A stretch of 64,000 nt of DNA, from NCBI RefSeq assembly GCF_036321535.1, contig NC_087447.1, positions 39,000,001 to 39,064,000 on the forward strand, written 5' to 3'. Position numbers and translations under genes: made by a program. The notes beneath the pieces are model-generated. The model searched no databases and was not told the DNA's origin. It saw only the letters and a program-made list of their open reading frames with translations. This document shows, in pieces, positions 12,725-25,783 of the stretch (positions are counted from its first letter, which is position 1; each line of letters starts with the position of its first letter). This DNA is from Camelus dromedarius (lineage: Eukaryota).

Positions 12725-14433
12725 TGTAGTGCATATGCTCAACCACTATTCTCCCCTTCATCTTTGCCAATATTGGTTTTGGTTTGATTTTGGTTTGAAG
12801 TTGTGACATTCAAAAATGTTTGCAGATATGGGCAAATGTCTCCTGGAAGGCAAAATCATCCTCAGTTAGGAATCACTGTCTTAGACCAATCATACAAATC
12901 TGGTTCTCCCTTTTCAGTGACTTATTTAGGGAAGGGTATATGATCAAGTTCTGGCAAAATGAAAGGAGAAGTCTACTCAGGGGTCGGGTGGAAGGAAGAG
13001 AAGTTCTTAGGAAGGCTTCCCTTTCTGTAAAAAAAGAGAGCTAAAAAATGATAAAGCTCTTTCAGTCCCTCCCCTTCCTTGCTGCCTGGGATGCTGGAGT
13101 GTATGAACTTAAATCTTGGAGTGGTGGCAGCCGTCTTGTGGTTTTGGGGTCCGTCAGAGCAGAAAGATGGAAAGAGCCTAGATCCTTGATGACATAATTA
13201 AACTACAGAAATAACCTTGGAGCTGACTACATCTAGATACTAAATGTGTAAGATAACAGAATGTCTTTATTGTTTAAAACATTGTTGGGACCTAATTAAA
13301 CTTAAAAGCTTTTGCACAGCAAAGGAAACCATAAGCAAAACAAAATGACAACCTATGGAATGGGAGAAAATATTTGCAAACAATGTGACCAACAAGAGAT
13401 TAATTTCCTAAATATACAAACAGCTCATACATACAGCTTAATATCAAAAAAACAAACAACCCAATCAAAACATGGGCAGAAGATCTAAATAGACATTTCT
13501 CCAAAGAAGACATACAGATGGCTTACAGGCACATGAAAAGATGCTCAACACTGCTAATTATTAGAGAAATGCAAATCAAAACTACAATGATATATTATCT
13601 CACACCAGTCAGAATGGCCATCACTAAAAAGTCTGCAGATAATAAATGCTGGGGAGGATGTGGAGAAAAAGGAACTCTCCTACACTGTTGGCGGGAATGT
13701 AAATTGGTACAGCCACTATGGAGAACAGAATGAAGATTCCTTAAAAAATTAAAAATAGAGTTGCCATATGATTCAGCAATCCCACTCGGGGGCATATGTA
13801 CAGAGAAAACTTTAATGCAAAGAGATACATGCACCCCAAAGTTCATAGCAGCACTATTTGCAATAGCAAGACATGGAAGCAACCTAAATGTCCATTGACA
13901 AATGAATGGATAAAGAAAATGTGGTATGTATATACAATCGAATATTACTCAGACATAAAAAAGAAAGAATGCCATTTGCAACAACATGGGTGGACCTAAA
14001 GATTGTCATACTGAGTGAAGTCAGAAAGAGAAAGAAAAATACCATATGATATCACTTATATGTGGAATCTTAAAAAAATAATACAAATGAACTTATTTAC
14101 AAAACAGAAATAGACTTGCAGACACAGAAAACAAACTTATGGTTACCAAAGGGGAATGGGGATAAATTAGGAGTTTGAAATTAACATATACACACTACTA
14201 TATATAAAATAGAGAAACAAGGACCTACTGTGTAGCACAGGGAACTATATTCAATATCTTGTAATAACCTATAATGGAGAAGAATCTGAAAAATAATACT
14301 TATGTATATCACTTTGGTGTACACTAGAAACTAACACAACATTGTAAAGCAACTATTTGTAAATAAAAATTAAAAAAAAAAAATTGTTAGTTAGAGATTC
14401 TGTTATTTTAAGCCAAAGCATCCTAACTGATAG
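12725..14433 (+). mobile_element. Old MLT1J/K-like MaLR LTR split by a MER20-like fragment (about 12800-12880) and an L1 (13287-14382)
   Basis: GGCAGCCGTCTTG...GCAGAAAGATGGAAAGAGCCTAGATCCTTGATGACAT. The LTR end resumes after the L1 as TTCTGTTATTTTAAGCCAAAGCATCCTAACTGATA. Confidence 0.7.
13287..14382 (+). mobile_element. 5'-truncated L1 (ORF2 C-terminus, 3' UTR, poly-A)
   Basis: ORF 13518-13733 ([21 protein letters not shown]...[26 protein letters not shown]) is the L1 ORF2 cysteine-rich tail. It ends in AATAAA plus poly-A, with ATTGTT repeated at both flanks. Confidence 0.95.
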
Positions 14434-14579
14434 GATTATATAATAAAACATAATAGAAATAAGGACCCACATTAAACACTTTCCACCCCCTACAAAGTAC
14501 TCAAATGGTGAAAGTTTAGGTGAGTGTGGGTTGTTAAAGAAGAAACATCTGTAACTATTTAAATACTTTGCAGAATAAA

Positions 14580-15300
14580 AATGTTCATGAGTACACCTAA
14601 GGAAAATTTAATAAGAATTTCAATTCAATAAAGTAAGAGCTTGAACACCAGATAAAACAACAACAGGAGATGGAAAGGGAAATTGCAGAGTTTTGAAAAC
14701 AATTCAAGGACCAAAATCACACACTGTCTCTAACAAATTAATATGAAATAGGAAGAAATAGAATGGATACAACTGAAAAGATATTTCTAACACAAAAGAA
14801 AGCCTGGTTAATCCCTATAATTGCAGAAGGAAGAAAAACAAAGGTTAAAGCAATTAGAAGTTCATCATTGCAGAGGATAAACATTATCCAACATAAGACT
14901 AATTATTGTCCCTGAAACAGTAGGCTTAGAAAATGCAGCAGCAAAAAAAAGCATTAAAAGAAATTGAATGTGTAAATTAAAGTGCCCATTTTGTTCTAGA
15001 AAAAACGTGGTGTGAAATGATCTACTTGAGATGAAACTTGTCAGATTAAGTTGAACTTCAGGAATTAAGGAATGTTCTTCAAGCATGCACACAGAAAAAG
15101 AAGGTCATCTATAAGAGGAGAAAATTGGATTATTCTTTGACTCTTCCACAGGAATATTCAATGCCAGAAAATAATACAGCAGTCTCTAGAAAGTTAAAAT
15201 GTGAGACAAGAATACTACACGTATAAGGAAGCATATTAATATCCCTAAGTAGAAAGGAACCCAGGAATCACGTTACCCAGGAGCCCTAGCACAACACTAC
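14580..15300 (+). mobile_element. Highly decayed HAL1/old L1 ORF1-like fragment
   Basis: A-rich segment with CAGAAAAAGAAGGTCATCTATAAGAGG...GACTCTTCCACAGGAATATTCAATGCCAGAAAATAAT resembling the ORF1 C-terminal region. Confidence 0.55.
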
Positions 15301-17700
15301 TTTAAAAAATCCATATATTTATGAAATTTAAGTATAGAGAAGTTAAAGTAAGAGGATTGGTGGTAAAGAATGAATACATTTAAATATGGAGTTTAATAAC
15401 TCTGATATAGAGCATGGTCTGAAATGATGTTCACCAAATATTTCTGATAATTATTTCTGGATGATAGGGTTTTTATTTCTTTTTACTTTTGAATTAATAT
15501 GTTGCTGTGCTTCTTGAATGCTTTTCAAGGAATCTGCTATTTTTACATTTTCACAAACACAGTAGTCATTAGTTTAAAAATAAATTTATGATATAGCTTA
15601 AATAAATTATCTCTAGAAAGTTTAGGAGCGGGTGAAGCAGTCTTTCATTTTCTTGGCCTTAGTTGCATTACTAAAGTCCTCCCCATACTCTCCAAAAAAA
15701 AAAAAAAAAAAAATGGAAGAGTAGAGAAAACTTCCCAACTCTATGAGCCCAGTATTACCATAATACCAAAACCAAAGACATCACAAGGGATAAAACAAAA
15801 CTACAGACCAATAACCCTTGTGAATATACTCACAAAAATACTCAGCAGAATAATAGCTGCATATTTGTGCATTTGCAAACCTTATCTAGCTGCATATAAA
15901 AGGATTATACACCATGACCAAGTGGGATTTATCCCAAGAGTGCAAGGTTGGTTTAACATACAAAAACCAAGCAATGTAATACACCACATTAATAGAATAA
16001 AGTTTAGAAATCATATGATTGTCTCAATACTTCTGATAAAATACATTTGACACACTAAGAATAGAAGGCAACTTCCTCAATCTGATAAATGGCGTCTGTG
16101 AAAAAAACCACGCTAACGTCCTAGTTAATTGTGAAAGTTTTAAAGCTTTCCCCTAAGATCAGGTGCAAGAAAAGAATATTTGTTCTTGCTACTTCCATCC
16201 AACATTGTGCTGGAGAGTGTAGTCAGTCCAATTAGGCATACACACACACACACACACACACCCCAAAAAAGAAAGAAAGAAAAAGAAAAGAAAAAAAAGA
16301 TGTAAAAACCATCCAAATTGGAAAGGAAGAAGTAAAACTACTTATACTTGTAGAGGACATAATCTTCTATGTATAAAATCTCAATATTCCATTAAAACCA
16401 TTAAAACTAAGAAATGAATTAATTCACCAAAGTTGCAGAATACCAGATCAATACACAAATAATAATTGTGCCTAGGTACACTAGCAAAGAACAGCCAGAA
16501 AATAAGATTAAGAAAACAATTCCATGTTCAATAGCATCAAACAAATAAAATATTTCTAAATAAAAATTTTAATTATTAAAAACTTTGAAAAAAATTAAAG
16601 AAGACCTAAATAAATGCAAAGACATGGTCACAGATTGGAAAACAATATTGTTAAGATGGCAGTACACCCTAAATTGATCTATAGATCCCATGCAATTCCT
16701 ATCAAAATACCAGCTTTTCTTTTGATCCTAAAATTTACATGCAATAGCAAGGGATCCAAAATAGCAAAAACAATCTTGAAAAAGATCAAAGTTGACAGAC
16801 ACACAGTTCTTGATTTCAAAACTTACTACAAAGCTACAGTAATTGAGACAGTGTGTTACTAGCATAAACATAGCGATATACATTAATGGAATCAAGTTGA
16901 GAGTCCAGAAATAAACCCTTATATTTACAGTCATTTAATTTCAACAAGGGTACCAAGACAATTCAATAGGGAAAAGAATAATCTTTTCAACAAATGATTC
17001 TGGGACAACAAAGTATCTATATGCAAAAGAGTAAATTTGGACCCCTTACTTCACACCATATACAAAAATTAACTCAAAATGAATCAAAGAACTAAATGTA
17101 GAGGCTTAAAACTATAAAACTCTTATTAGAAAACATGAGTATATGGTTTCATTACTTTGGATTAGCCAATGATTTATTAGGTATACCACCAAAAGTACAA
17201 GTAACCAAATAAAAAAATAGATTAGACTTCATCAAAATTAAAAACATTTGTGCTTCAATGACAAGAAAGTGAAATTAACCACAGAATAGGAGAAAATATT
17301 TGCAAATTATATATCAGGTAAGAGACCAGTATCCAGAATACATAAATGGCACTTTCACCTAAACAATAAAAAGACAATCCAATTAAAATATGGGCAAAGG
17401 ATTTGAATAGACATTGCTCCAGGGAAGTTACACAAGGAGCCAGTAAGCACATGAAAAGATGCTCAACATCATCAGCCATTAGGGAAATGCAAATCAAAAC
17501 CACAATGAGATACAATTTCACACCCACTAGAATGGTTAAAATAAAAATGAAGGACAAATGTTTTTGAGGATCTGGAATGGAACCCTCATACTTTGCAGAT
17601 GGTGTTTGCCAGTTTCTCAAATATACATAGAATTACAATATGACTCGGTAATTACACTCCTAGATATATATCCAATAGAAGTGAAAACTTGTACGTGATG

Positions 17701-17881
17701 GGGGGAGGGTATAGCTCAGTGGTAGAGCGCGTGCTTAGCATGCATGAGGTCCTGGGTTCAATCCCCAGTACCTCCGCTAAAAAGAAAAATTAATGTAAAT
17801 AAACCTAATTACCTCCCCACCAAAAAACCCCAAAACAAAAAAACACAACAAATAAAAAAGTGAACTTAAAAAAAAAAACAA
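17701..17881 (+). mobile_element. tRNA-Ala(AGC)-derived SINE (camelid vic-1-like)
   Basis: tRNA-Ala head with A box TAGCTCAGTGG and B box GGTTCAATCC, followed by an A-rich tail. TSD AAAACTTGTACGTGATG (17684-17700) / AAAATTTGTACATGACG (17882-17898). Confidence 0.93.
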
Positions 17882-18096
17882 AAAATTTGTACATGACGTT
17901 CGTAACAGTGTTATTTACAATAGCCATTAAGTGGAAACAACCCAAATATCTTATCAGTTATGAATGGATAAATAAATAGTGATATAGCCATACAATGGCA
18001 TATTGTAGCCATAAAAAGAAATAAAGTACTAATATATGTTACAACTGTTACAACATGGATGAGGCTGGAAACATTACACTAAGAAAGGAAGACAGA

Positions 18097-18561
18097 TGTT
18101 GTGGGCACACTGGCGTGTGCCGGTAAGGTGGGTTGGTAAAAGAATTTACCAGAGATTAAGTATGGGAATAGAAAAGGAGTTTATTAGGGTACAGTGTCAT
18201 AGGCAACAGCAGGCCACGTGGACAAGGGGTGCCTGTGTGAGCCTGGGATGGAAGTACAGGGTCTTTTATTGGGGGGAGGAGCTGGTGGTCACAATGGGAT
18301 GGGGGCTGTGTGATTAGCTTGTGCACAAGATCTGATTGGTTATAGGTGAGGTAAGAAGTTTAGGGTCTGGGAAGGGTTGGGGGGTTATGACTCTGATAAG
18401 GTAGTCACCTTGATCTGTTACGAGATTAAGCATTCTCTAGGGCTATCAGTTTGTTAGGGCAAACACGCCCAGCAAAGAATGTACTTTATCTTTTGAGGAA
18501 TCGCCAGAGCCCAGGAATGGGGGTTGTTGGACTTTGAAAGACATCAGCTGGCCCCACAACA
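18097..18561 (-). mobile_element. Solo LTR, family not recognised
   Basis: Perfect 9-bp terminal inverted repeats TGTTGTGGG/CCCACAACA. On the minus strand CCAAT, an ATAAAA TATA-like box and AATAAA occur in LTR order. It splits the host L1 3' UTR. Confidence 0.85.
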
Positions 18562-19244
18562 GGCACACAGTGCCACATATTGTATAATTCCATTTATGTG
18601 AAATGTCCAGAATAGGCAAATTCATAGAGACAGAAAATAGACTGTCAGGATTTGAAGGGAGGGAAAAACAGAGTAACTGATGAAAATGTTCTAGTATTAT
18701 ATAGTAGTGATAGTTGCGCAAGTTTGTGAATATACACCAACCACTGAATTGCATTCCTTAAAAGGGTAAATTTTACGACATGTGAATGATATCTGAATTA
18801 AAAAAAGAAAAGAATGAGGGAGAGTGAGGGCCCATATATTGCCCCTGTTTAGGCTATCTCTGAGTCGTACCATGTTAAACATTAACTGAGAAAGGAAATA
18901 CTATAATATTATGACTCCTTTCCCTTCCCACATGGAAAATGTGCCAAGAGAAAGCTGACAGAAAAGTTAAGAGAATCCAGCAGAGCCAAAGACTCTCTGC
19001 AGAAGCAATTTGGAGTCTTTTTGGTGAGGTTTTAATAATTTCTGTAGGAGATAGACAAAGCAAAGCAGAAGAGCACCCTTTTCCTCAGCAGTCTGCCTCA
19101 GCTGTCTCTGTTAAAAGGCACTGAGAATCATTCAAGTAACAGTTCTGGGAACTCTGAGTCCTGGGGAACTCACAGGAATACAAAGACAGCAATCGCAATC
19201 ACGTGGGAAGGCCTGTGGCAACTCAGCAAAGAACAAAAAGCCAT

Positions 19245-19668
19245 GTTGTTGGGCAGTCAACAGTTCTTGGTTTGGCTTCCCAAATACCTTTTCCTCTTCT
19301 TAGCACCCCCCTTCCCCCTCCCCCTTCCACTTTGATTAATTTGTTGGTGCTTTTATTTGAGGCTTGGCTTATGACCCAAGCTAGAGGAGAGACTCCTGAC
19401 CCAAGCTACGGCATTGTATATTCCCTCCTTGGAATTTGAATCTCTAGCACAGGGACAAAGAGACTCAAGCTGTCAATGATCAGATTTACTCACCGTCTGT
19501 ATGGCAGCATGTTGACCAGACCATTTCTGCCACTGAGACAGCTGTTATCTCTAGGGCTGTCTTGGTTCCCACCAGTTCTCCAGTTGACTCTTCCACCTAC
19601 TGTCAATTTGATTATATCCCTAATGCCTTTTGAATAAATTCCCTTCTGCTTAAGTCAGTCAGAGCCAC
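19245..19668 (+). mobile_element. Old ERVL/MaLR-type LTR remnant (LTR16-like)
   Basis: TGACCCAAGCT, GGAATTTGAATC and the 3' motif AATAAATTCCCTTCTGCTTAAGTCAGTCAGAG. Confidence 0.5.
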
Positions 19669-19908
19669 TGGCTGGGTCCTTTGGGACTGGGTGGTCATAC
19701 AGAATCCAAAACAGCTCTTGGGTCCAGCAGTAGAAGTTCAAGAACTATCTCTCTAGTGAAACATGACCAACAACTCTGTCTGTCTGCTACTCTCTGCGTC
19801 TTTTTCCCTTCCTACTGCCAGTTCTTCCTCACTCTTTATCTTTTCTCCAGCTCACACTTTCTGTATACTCAAGCTTTCAATTATTCTCTTCAACACACAC
19901 TTGGCCCC

Positions 19909-20461
19909 TGCAGGGGAGGAAAAACTTTTCCTCTACACTCTTAGGTTCTGTGACAGGCTTGAGATCTAAACTGACGGAAGACAGATTAATGGGAGAGGTA
20001 CACAAATTTTATTTAATACTGTTTTGCGCACCTTGAGCCTTCATAGGAAAACTGAAGACCCAAAGAAGCAATTAAGACTGGGAGCTTATATATCTTTAAA
20101 AAACAAAAACAAAAAAACCCAAAGAACAATAAATTTGTGGGGAAGTGACAAGACAAAGAAAAAGTTGAACCTCCTAGGAGTGGTATATTTTAAGAAAATG
20201 ACTAGGAAATATTAGGGAAAACTAACGGAAGATAAGGGTTGTTTTAGTAGGTTGTTTAGTAGATCCATTTTGGCATTGACTCCCAGTCTCTTGGTGGTAA
20301 GAATGTCCTCTTCCTGGTACAGAGAAGGCACTGATGTGCTTTTAAGTAGAGAGGAGGAGTTCAGAGAGCCCTTCCTGCATCTCCTGTTTCTCAAATGCCA
20401 TGTCAAAATAATCAGCATGCCAAAGTGGCATATCTGGGGATGGCGTGTTCTGCTCCCCTCC
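19909..20461 (-). mobile_element. MER34/MER39-family ERV1 solo LTR
   Basis: Reverse complement opens ...GCAGAACACGCCATCCCCAGATATGCCACTTTGGCATGCTGATTATTTTGA, the same family as the LTR at 2881. Confidence 0.8.
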
Positions 20462-20583
20462 GGGATCAGACTTCTGAGCCTCTGCTCTCATCTTGAATTT
20501 ACTGAATCTTTCAGGATTCAGCAATTAAACTCCTGTGAGTGAGAGTCTGCCACAGGTCATTCCCCAGTAACCAGAGTGCCACA

Positions 20584-20748
20584 CAGGGCCAGGACCTGGG
20601 CGAAGCAAGCAAGTTTCCCAGGGATCAGAACTTCAGAAGGCATGCACTCTGTGATGCCAACCATGCACTTGTACAGTCCTGAGAGGGAGTGCCTCCTGAC
20701 GTGTTGTTTTCTGGAGGTCTTGCTGGCCTCTCCCTAGTGCTGGCCCTG
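20584..20748. mobile_element. MER96-like palindromic hAT MITE
   Basis: 9-bp terminal inverted repeats CAGGGCCAG/CTGGCCCTG, internal CTGAGAGGGAGTGCCTCCT; 165 bp. Confidence 0.75.
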
Positions 20749-22812
20749 GACTGCCTCAGCGTAGTGTTTGGAAACTGTGCCTTATCCTACCCCCTTGCAA
20801 GAGCCAGCCTAATGCTTGCTAGAGTACCCTTGAGCCAATTTCTTCTCCCTAATGTACATTCCTCAAATCCCCAAGGTCCAAGGAAAGGGAATTGCTTTTA
20901 TCTTTCCTACAGAGTCCTCGTTTCATGCTCCAGAGTTTACCTCATCTCAAGATGATTAAAGGTGGAAACTCACGTTTTCTTCACCTCCCATTCTTGGGGC
21001 TGTCTGCCCTTACCTTAGGCTCTCCCCATAAGGTTCCTCTGAAAATAATGAACAGTCCATTTTCCAAAATATGAACAACCCAGTCTTTTATAACATACAT
21101 GTAGGCTTACAACCAGACAGTTAAGGTCGTTTTGAGATAATTGCAGCTTGTCTCTAGTTCTAATTTCCTATTTTTAATTACCTGAACAAAAATCACATCC
21201 ATTTCTTCAAAATAGAGTTTTTAGGTATAGTCTATTCTAATTCTAGATTGGGGGAAAATGATTTTAATATCATTTTCAGGGACACGTTTCTGCTAAAAAA
21301 AATTACCAATTTACTTTTCTAAATAGGACACTCCATTTTTCAACTCTCTTTATTTGGGTATTTTTTTTACTGAATTCCCTAAGAAAAGTTGGTAGGTACT
21401 TGACTCACGTTCATGTAACTAAAAAATCATGCAAAAATAGTACTTTCCAGAGCACAGAGAAGGTCTTCTCTTAAAAGTAACCTGTTTTTCCTTACTGGAT
21501 GGCAGAAGGTACTTTCAGCACATAAAGTGAAAATGTTCTTGCATCCACATTTTTTGTAAAGTTCAGTCTTTCGTAAGCAAACTCCCTCCTCGATTAAGGC
21601 AAAGCATTTCATGCTGTTTCATTGTAGAGGATGTGGGCTGGCCTATGTATTTGTTCTTTAGGCAGGAGCCTACCAGACCTTAATTAGCTGTGGCCATGTA
21701 GTATGGGGTGAGGTGGTTCCATAATACCCAAAAGGTTATTCAGTCTGGGTGGGTCATGGGTGGTGCTGGGCACATGGCAGATATTTTGATGACTCTCTGG
21801 CATTCAGTATCAATCCAAGTATGTCACAACCACAATGAAGAGCTTGATGCAGACACAGAGAACAGCACAGTGTTATCACAGTGTTCTAAGAGTTGGCATA
21901 TAGCCCCTCCCTATTTTCCAGAAACAGTGTTGCAAGAAGCAACCCAAGTTCCTCTTTGAGATTTCTGTTTTTACTGAGTAGCACTGTGCATTTGTCACAG
22001 GAAGAGCAATTGTCCAAAGACCAGAACAGAGCAGGTGAAAGGAGTTCACTACATAGTGAGGGGGCTTTAGAGGTGTTTGGTCATTTTGTAGGAGTGAAAT
22101 GACTGGTTTTCTAGCTTTAGGAATGTAACCCTTTATTTGGTCCTTTGAGTTTCCTTTGTGCAGCCCAAGAAGAAATCAGCAAGTGAGATAAATTGTTAGG
22201 TAGACACCCTCTGGCTTAGAATCACATTCAGTGGGACATGATTTTGCATTTTATTTTATTTTGTTTCTTTTTTTTTGTTGTTCTGCTTTGTTTTTAAGCT
22301 TAAACAGATGATAAATTAATAGATGAGACAGAGGATGGAAAATGTTTGCAGTTCCTTTCCTTTTATTTCCACCTTCAGGAACATTTTTGATTTTGTAAGC
22401 ATTTTTATTTACTTTGTTCTTTAAAAACATTTTCTGATTGTTGTATGTCTGACTTCCCTTTCTCTGAAATAATGCCTTCCTTACCTGGCTCTGACTCAGC
22501 TTTTGAAAAAAATTCTCACTTTTTAAAAGAGCTTTAGAAATTTGCTGATTTTATCTCAGGAGCAGGGAGATAGGTGGCTTATGCCTTATGTTGCTATAGA
22601 CTGGGTTTATGAGGACTGTTGTTTTACTATATCTGGAAGTCTCCTCTCTGAGTCACAGGATAACTTTACTTCTTAGTATAGAACTTGGTAAGACTGATAC
22701 TTCTGCATAAAACGTAAGTTTAAAACAGAGGGCCCCAAGTCAAATTTTATCAAGTTGCCCATATTTAATTAAGTCTTGGATTCCTATGGGAGCATGGAGT
22801 GGGGGAAATGTA

Positions 22813-23250
22813 CCATTTATTGAATACATAGTGTCCTAGTCACTACACATAAAATTTGTATTCAATCCACATAACTGTTACTGTAGAAAGTGCCATTCTC
22901 TCTACTTTACAGATTAAAAAAAAGAGATACATTTAGGGACGTTGAGTAATCTACTGCCCAAGATCACCCAAATGGATAGATAGCAGAGATAAAATTCAAA
23001 CTCTGGTGGGGGAGTGTATAGCTCAGTGGTAGAGTGCATGCTTAGCATATGCAAGGTCCTGACACCTCTGTTAAAATAAATAAATAAAAACCGAATTACC
23101 TTCCTCCTGAAAAAGAAAAGATATGAAATTGTAAAAAAAACAAACAAACAAAACAAAACTAACAAAAAACCCCAAAACAAACAAACTCAGAATTTGCAAC
23201 ATTAAAAAAAAAGAATTCAAATTCTGACCTGTTTTACTTAACACTACTTT
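22813..23250 (-). mobile_element. MIR SINE split by a tRNA-Ala SINE
   Basis: TTTACAGAT, TGCCCAAGATCAC, AGCAGAGATAAAATTCAAAC; the MIR resumes after the SINE tail. Confidence 0.6.
23008..23213 (+). mobile_element. tRNA-Ala-derived SINE with B box deleted
   Basis: GGGGGAGTGTATAGCTCAGTGGTAGAGTGCATGCTTAGCAT, then GGTCCTGACACCTC lacking GGTTCAATCCCC. TSD AATTCAAACTCTG (22993-23005) / AATTCAAATTCTG (23214-23226). Confidence 0.9.
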
Positions 23251-24289
23251 TCTCTTGCATCACTTGAGACAGTGACTAGGTAACAGTTACATATTGTTTA
23301 TAAAAATTTTTGCCCTTGTGTCATACAAATGTTAAATACTTAAAGAACTCCAGTTCTATCTTAAAGCTTCTTTCTAACTCTGCCATTTCACAAATATTTG
23401 TGTCTTCCTTTCCTCTAGAAGTGACTCTTTCTTGGATGACCCTGCTATGCCACTTTTTACATAGTCAAAGTGTAAGTGGCATATTTAACTCAGTTTCTCT
23501 AACACCATTACATCTTTAGTTGACCATCCGATCATGAAGCTTTCTATCTGGCTGCCTTCCAAGGTAACTCAAATAGGTTTAGGGCTGCTATCGGCTTCCT
23601 TGAACTGTAAGGCTATGAGGCCAAAGATGGAGTATCTTTTACACTCTGTCAAAGATCCTAGGGCCAAATGATGAATAACAGAGTCATATCTGAGATAGAG
23701 ATAGGGTAGTATGTATAAAAAGGGGTCTTACATAGTCAGGAATGCCAGAGGCAAGTATTAGGAGCCTAGGTACAGAGCTAAAGAAATGAAGAGAACCAGG
23801 AAAGGAAAGAGTAAGAAGTAGCAGTCATTCCCAGACTTGTATGTACTTAAAGAGATTGTGGCCTGTAAATCTGGGCTAGAAGCAAGGTATTTGTATCATT
23901 AACAAAGGCCAGAACTGATTCTAATATGAGAATCCCTGGGAAGAACATCACTGAAAACAGAAGGTATCTACTGATGAATTCCCCATTAAGGAGAAGGAGC
24001 AGGGGCTATCAGTGGTTGGGATTTGATCTCCTCCACTCTCAGCCCAACTTGGTGCACATGGAACTGATCCATACAAATGGGCAAATTTTCAGAGAACAGG
24101 GTGAGGGAGTAGAACATTTTGCTTACAACCAAGACTTCCAAAGGGTAGAGTGGATTAGAGAGCTTGCAGAGGATTAAGATATTAGTTAGACTAGCTAGAG
24201 GATACTCAGAGCCATATAATTTTGCAATATAATTTTGCATGTCCCAAAATGTGCTTCTTGACCACACTTCCCCTTGCAAATGCTGCTTT

Positions 24290-25205
24290 ATTTCTCAAGG
24301 CCACTTTACTGCAAAACTCCTCAAAAGAGTTATTTATTATCCCTATTTTATTTCCTGTCCTCATATTCCCTCTTAAATCTTCCCAATCAGGCTTTATCTC
24401 TGCAACTTTGGCAAAGTTATCAATTTTCATGTTTCCAGATCCAGTGGTTATTTTTGGTTTCACCTTGTTAACTTCTCAGCAGTCTTTGATACATTTGCCC
24501 ATTTCCTCTTTCATGAAATGTTTCTTCACTTGGCTTTCAGGACATCATATCCCTTTGATTTTCCTTCTACCTCATAGGCCATTCATTCAGAGTCTCCATT
24601 GTTGATTTCTCCTCCTCAACATTTACTGGAGTCCACCAAGGCTTAACGCCCAGCCCTCTTCTTTATCTACCTTCCCTCCGTACATTATTTCATCCAGTCT
24701 CATCACTTTAAGCGGCATCTATATGCTGATGACTCCCCAAATTCTTATCTCTAGCCCTGACCTCTACCCCATCCCAAGTCAGTAACTTTTCCTACCCCTT
24801 CTTGGTAACTCCACTTGGAAAGTGTAAAGTTTATATGACTAATAACTATCTTTCTTCCTCCAAACCTGCTCCTCATATAGTTTTTCTTATTTTAATAAGT
24901 GACAACTCCATTCTATTGTTCAGAACAGAAAAAATCACCCTAGATTTCTCTATTTCTCACACCTCACATCCAATCCCTCTGGAAATCCTATTTCTTCTAC
25001 CTTTAAAATGTAACTAGAGTCTGACCAATTATCACTACCACTTATGCTCCTGGATTCAAGCCACCATAGCTCTCAACTGGAATAATCAAATCTCCTCATT
25101 TACCTTCCTGCTTTTTATATCCCACCTTCCCAAATAGTCTGTTGTTAAGTCAGCAGCCATAGTGATTCTTTAAAACAGAATTCAGATCATGTTACTCTTA
25201 CACAA
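24290..25205 (+). mobile_element. L2 LINE fragment
   Basis: TCTCAGCAGTCTTTGATACA, TTCACTTGGCTTTCAGGACA, CATCTATATGCTGATGACTCCCAAAT, TCAGATCATGTTACTC. Confidence 0.85.
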
Positions 25206-25306
25206 CCCTCTCATCCCACCCCACCCCAACCCTTCAACCCCTGCATTTCCAATCAGTGAGAGGATACATTTTCAGTTCTTGGCATTGGGGTATTCCTTTG
25301 GCTAAA

Positions 25307-25735
25307 TTTTTTTTATTGAAGTATAGTTGATTTAAAATATTATATCAGTTTCAGGTGTACAACATTAGTGATTCAATATATTTTATATGTTACATGTCAT
25401 TTAAAGTTATAAAATATTGGTTGTATTCCCTGTGCTGCACAATATATCCTTGCAGCATGTTTATTTTATACATAGTAATTTGTACTTCTTATCTTGCCCC
25501 TCCCCATTTCCCTCTCCCCACTGGTAACCACTAGTTTGTTTTCTATATCTATGGATATGTTACTATTTTGTTATATTTATTTGTTTGTTTTATTTTTTAG
25601 GTTCCACATATAAGTGGTAACATATGGCATTTGTCTTTCTCCATCTGACTTATTTCACTAAGCATAATATCCTCCAGGTCCATTCATGTTGCTACAAATG
25701 GCAAATTTTATTTTTTTCATGGCTGAGTAATATTC

Positions 25736-25783
<48 letters not shown>

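Larger units (their letters stand above)
15695..18812 (+). mobile_element. Old L1 (L1MB-type) ORF2 RT region to 3' UTR, interrupted by a SINE and a solo LTR; (CA)n at about 16238-16261
   Basis: Broken ORF2 peptides IIHHDQVGFIPRVQGWFNI, NIVKMAVHPKLIYR, DFKTYYKATVI. Confidence 0.92.

Noticed and set aside
17705..17776. Bona fide tRNA-Ala(AGC) gene
   Set aside because: It has a SINE body, A-rich tail and TSD, no nearby T-run terminator and an acceptor-stem mismatch, and three related copies occur in the window.
21400..22110. Possible exons in the unique 21.4-22.1 kb region
   Set aside because: Isolated splice-like motifs, but no convincing acceptor-donor pair or recognisable peptide.
24222..24605. 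127-aa and 132-aa (51893-52291) hydrophobic ORFs as membrane proteins
   Set aside because: Both lie in CT-rich L2 remnants, whose composition yields L/F/S-rich chance ORFs.
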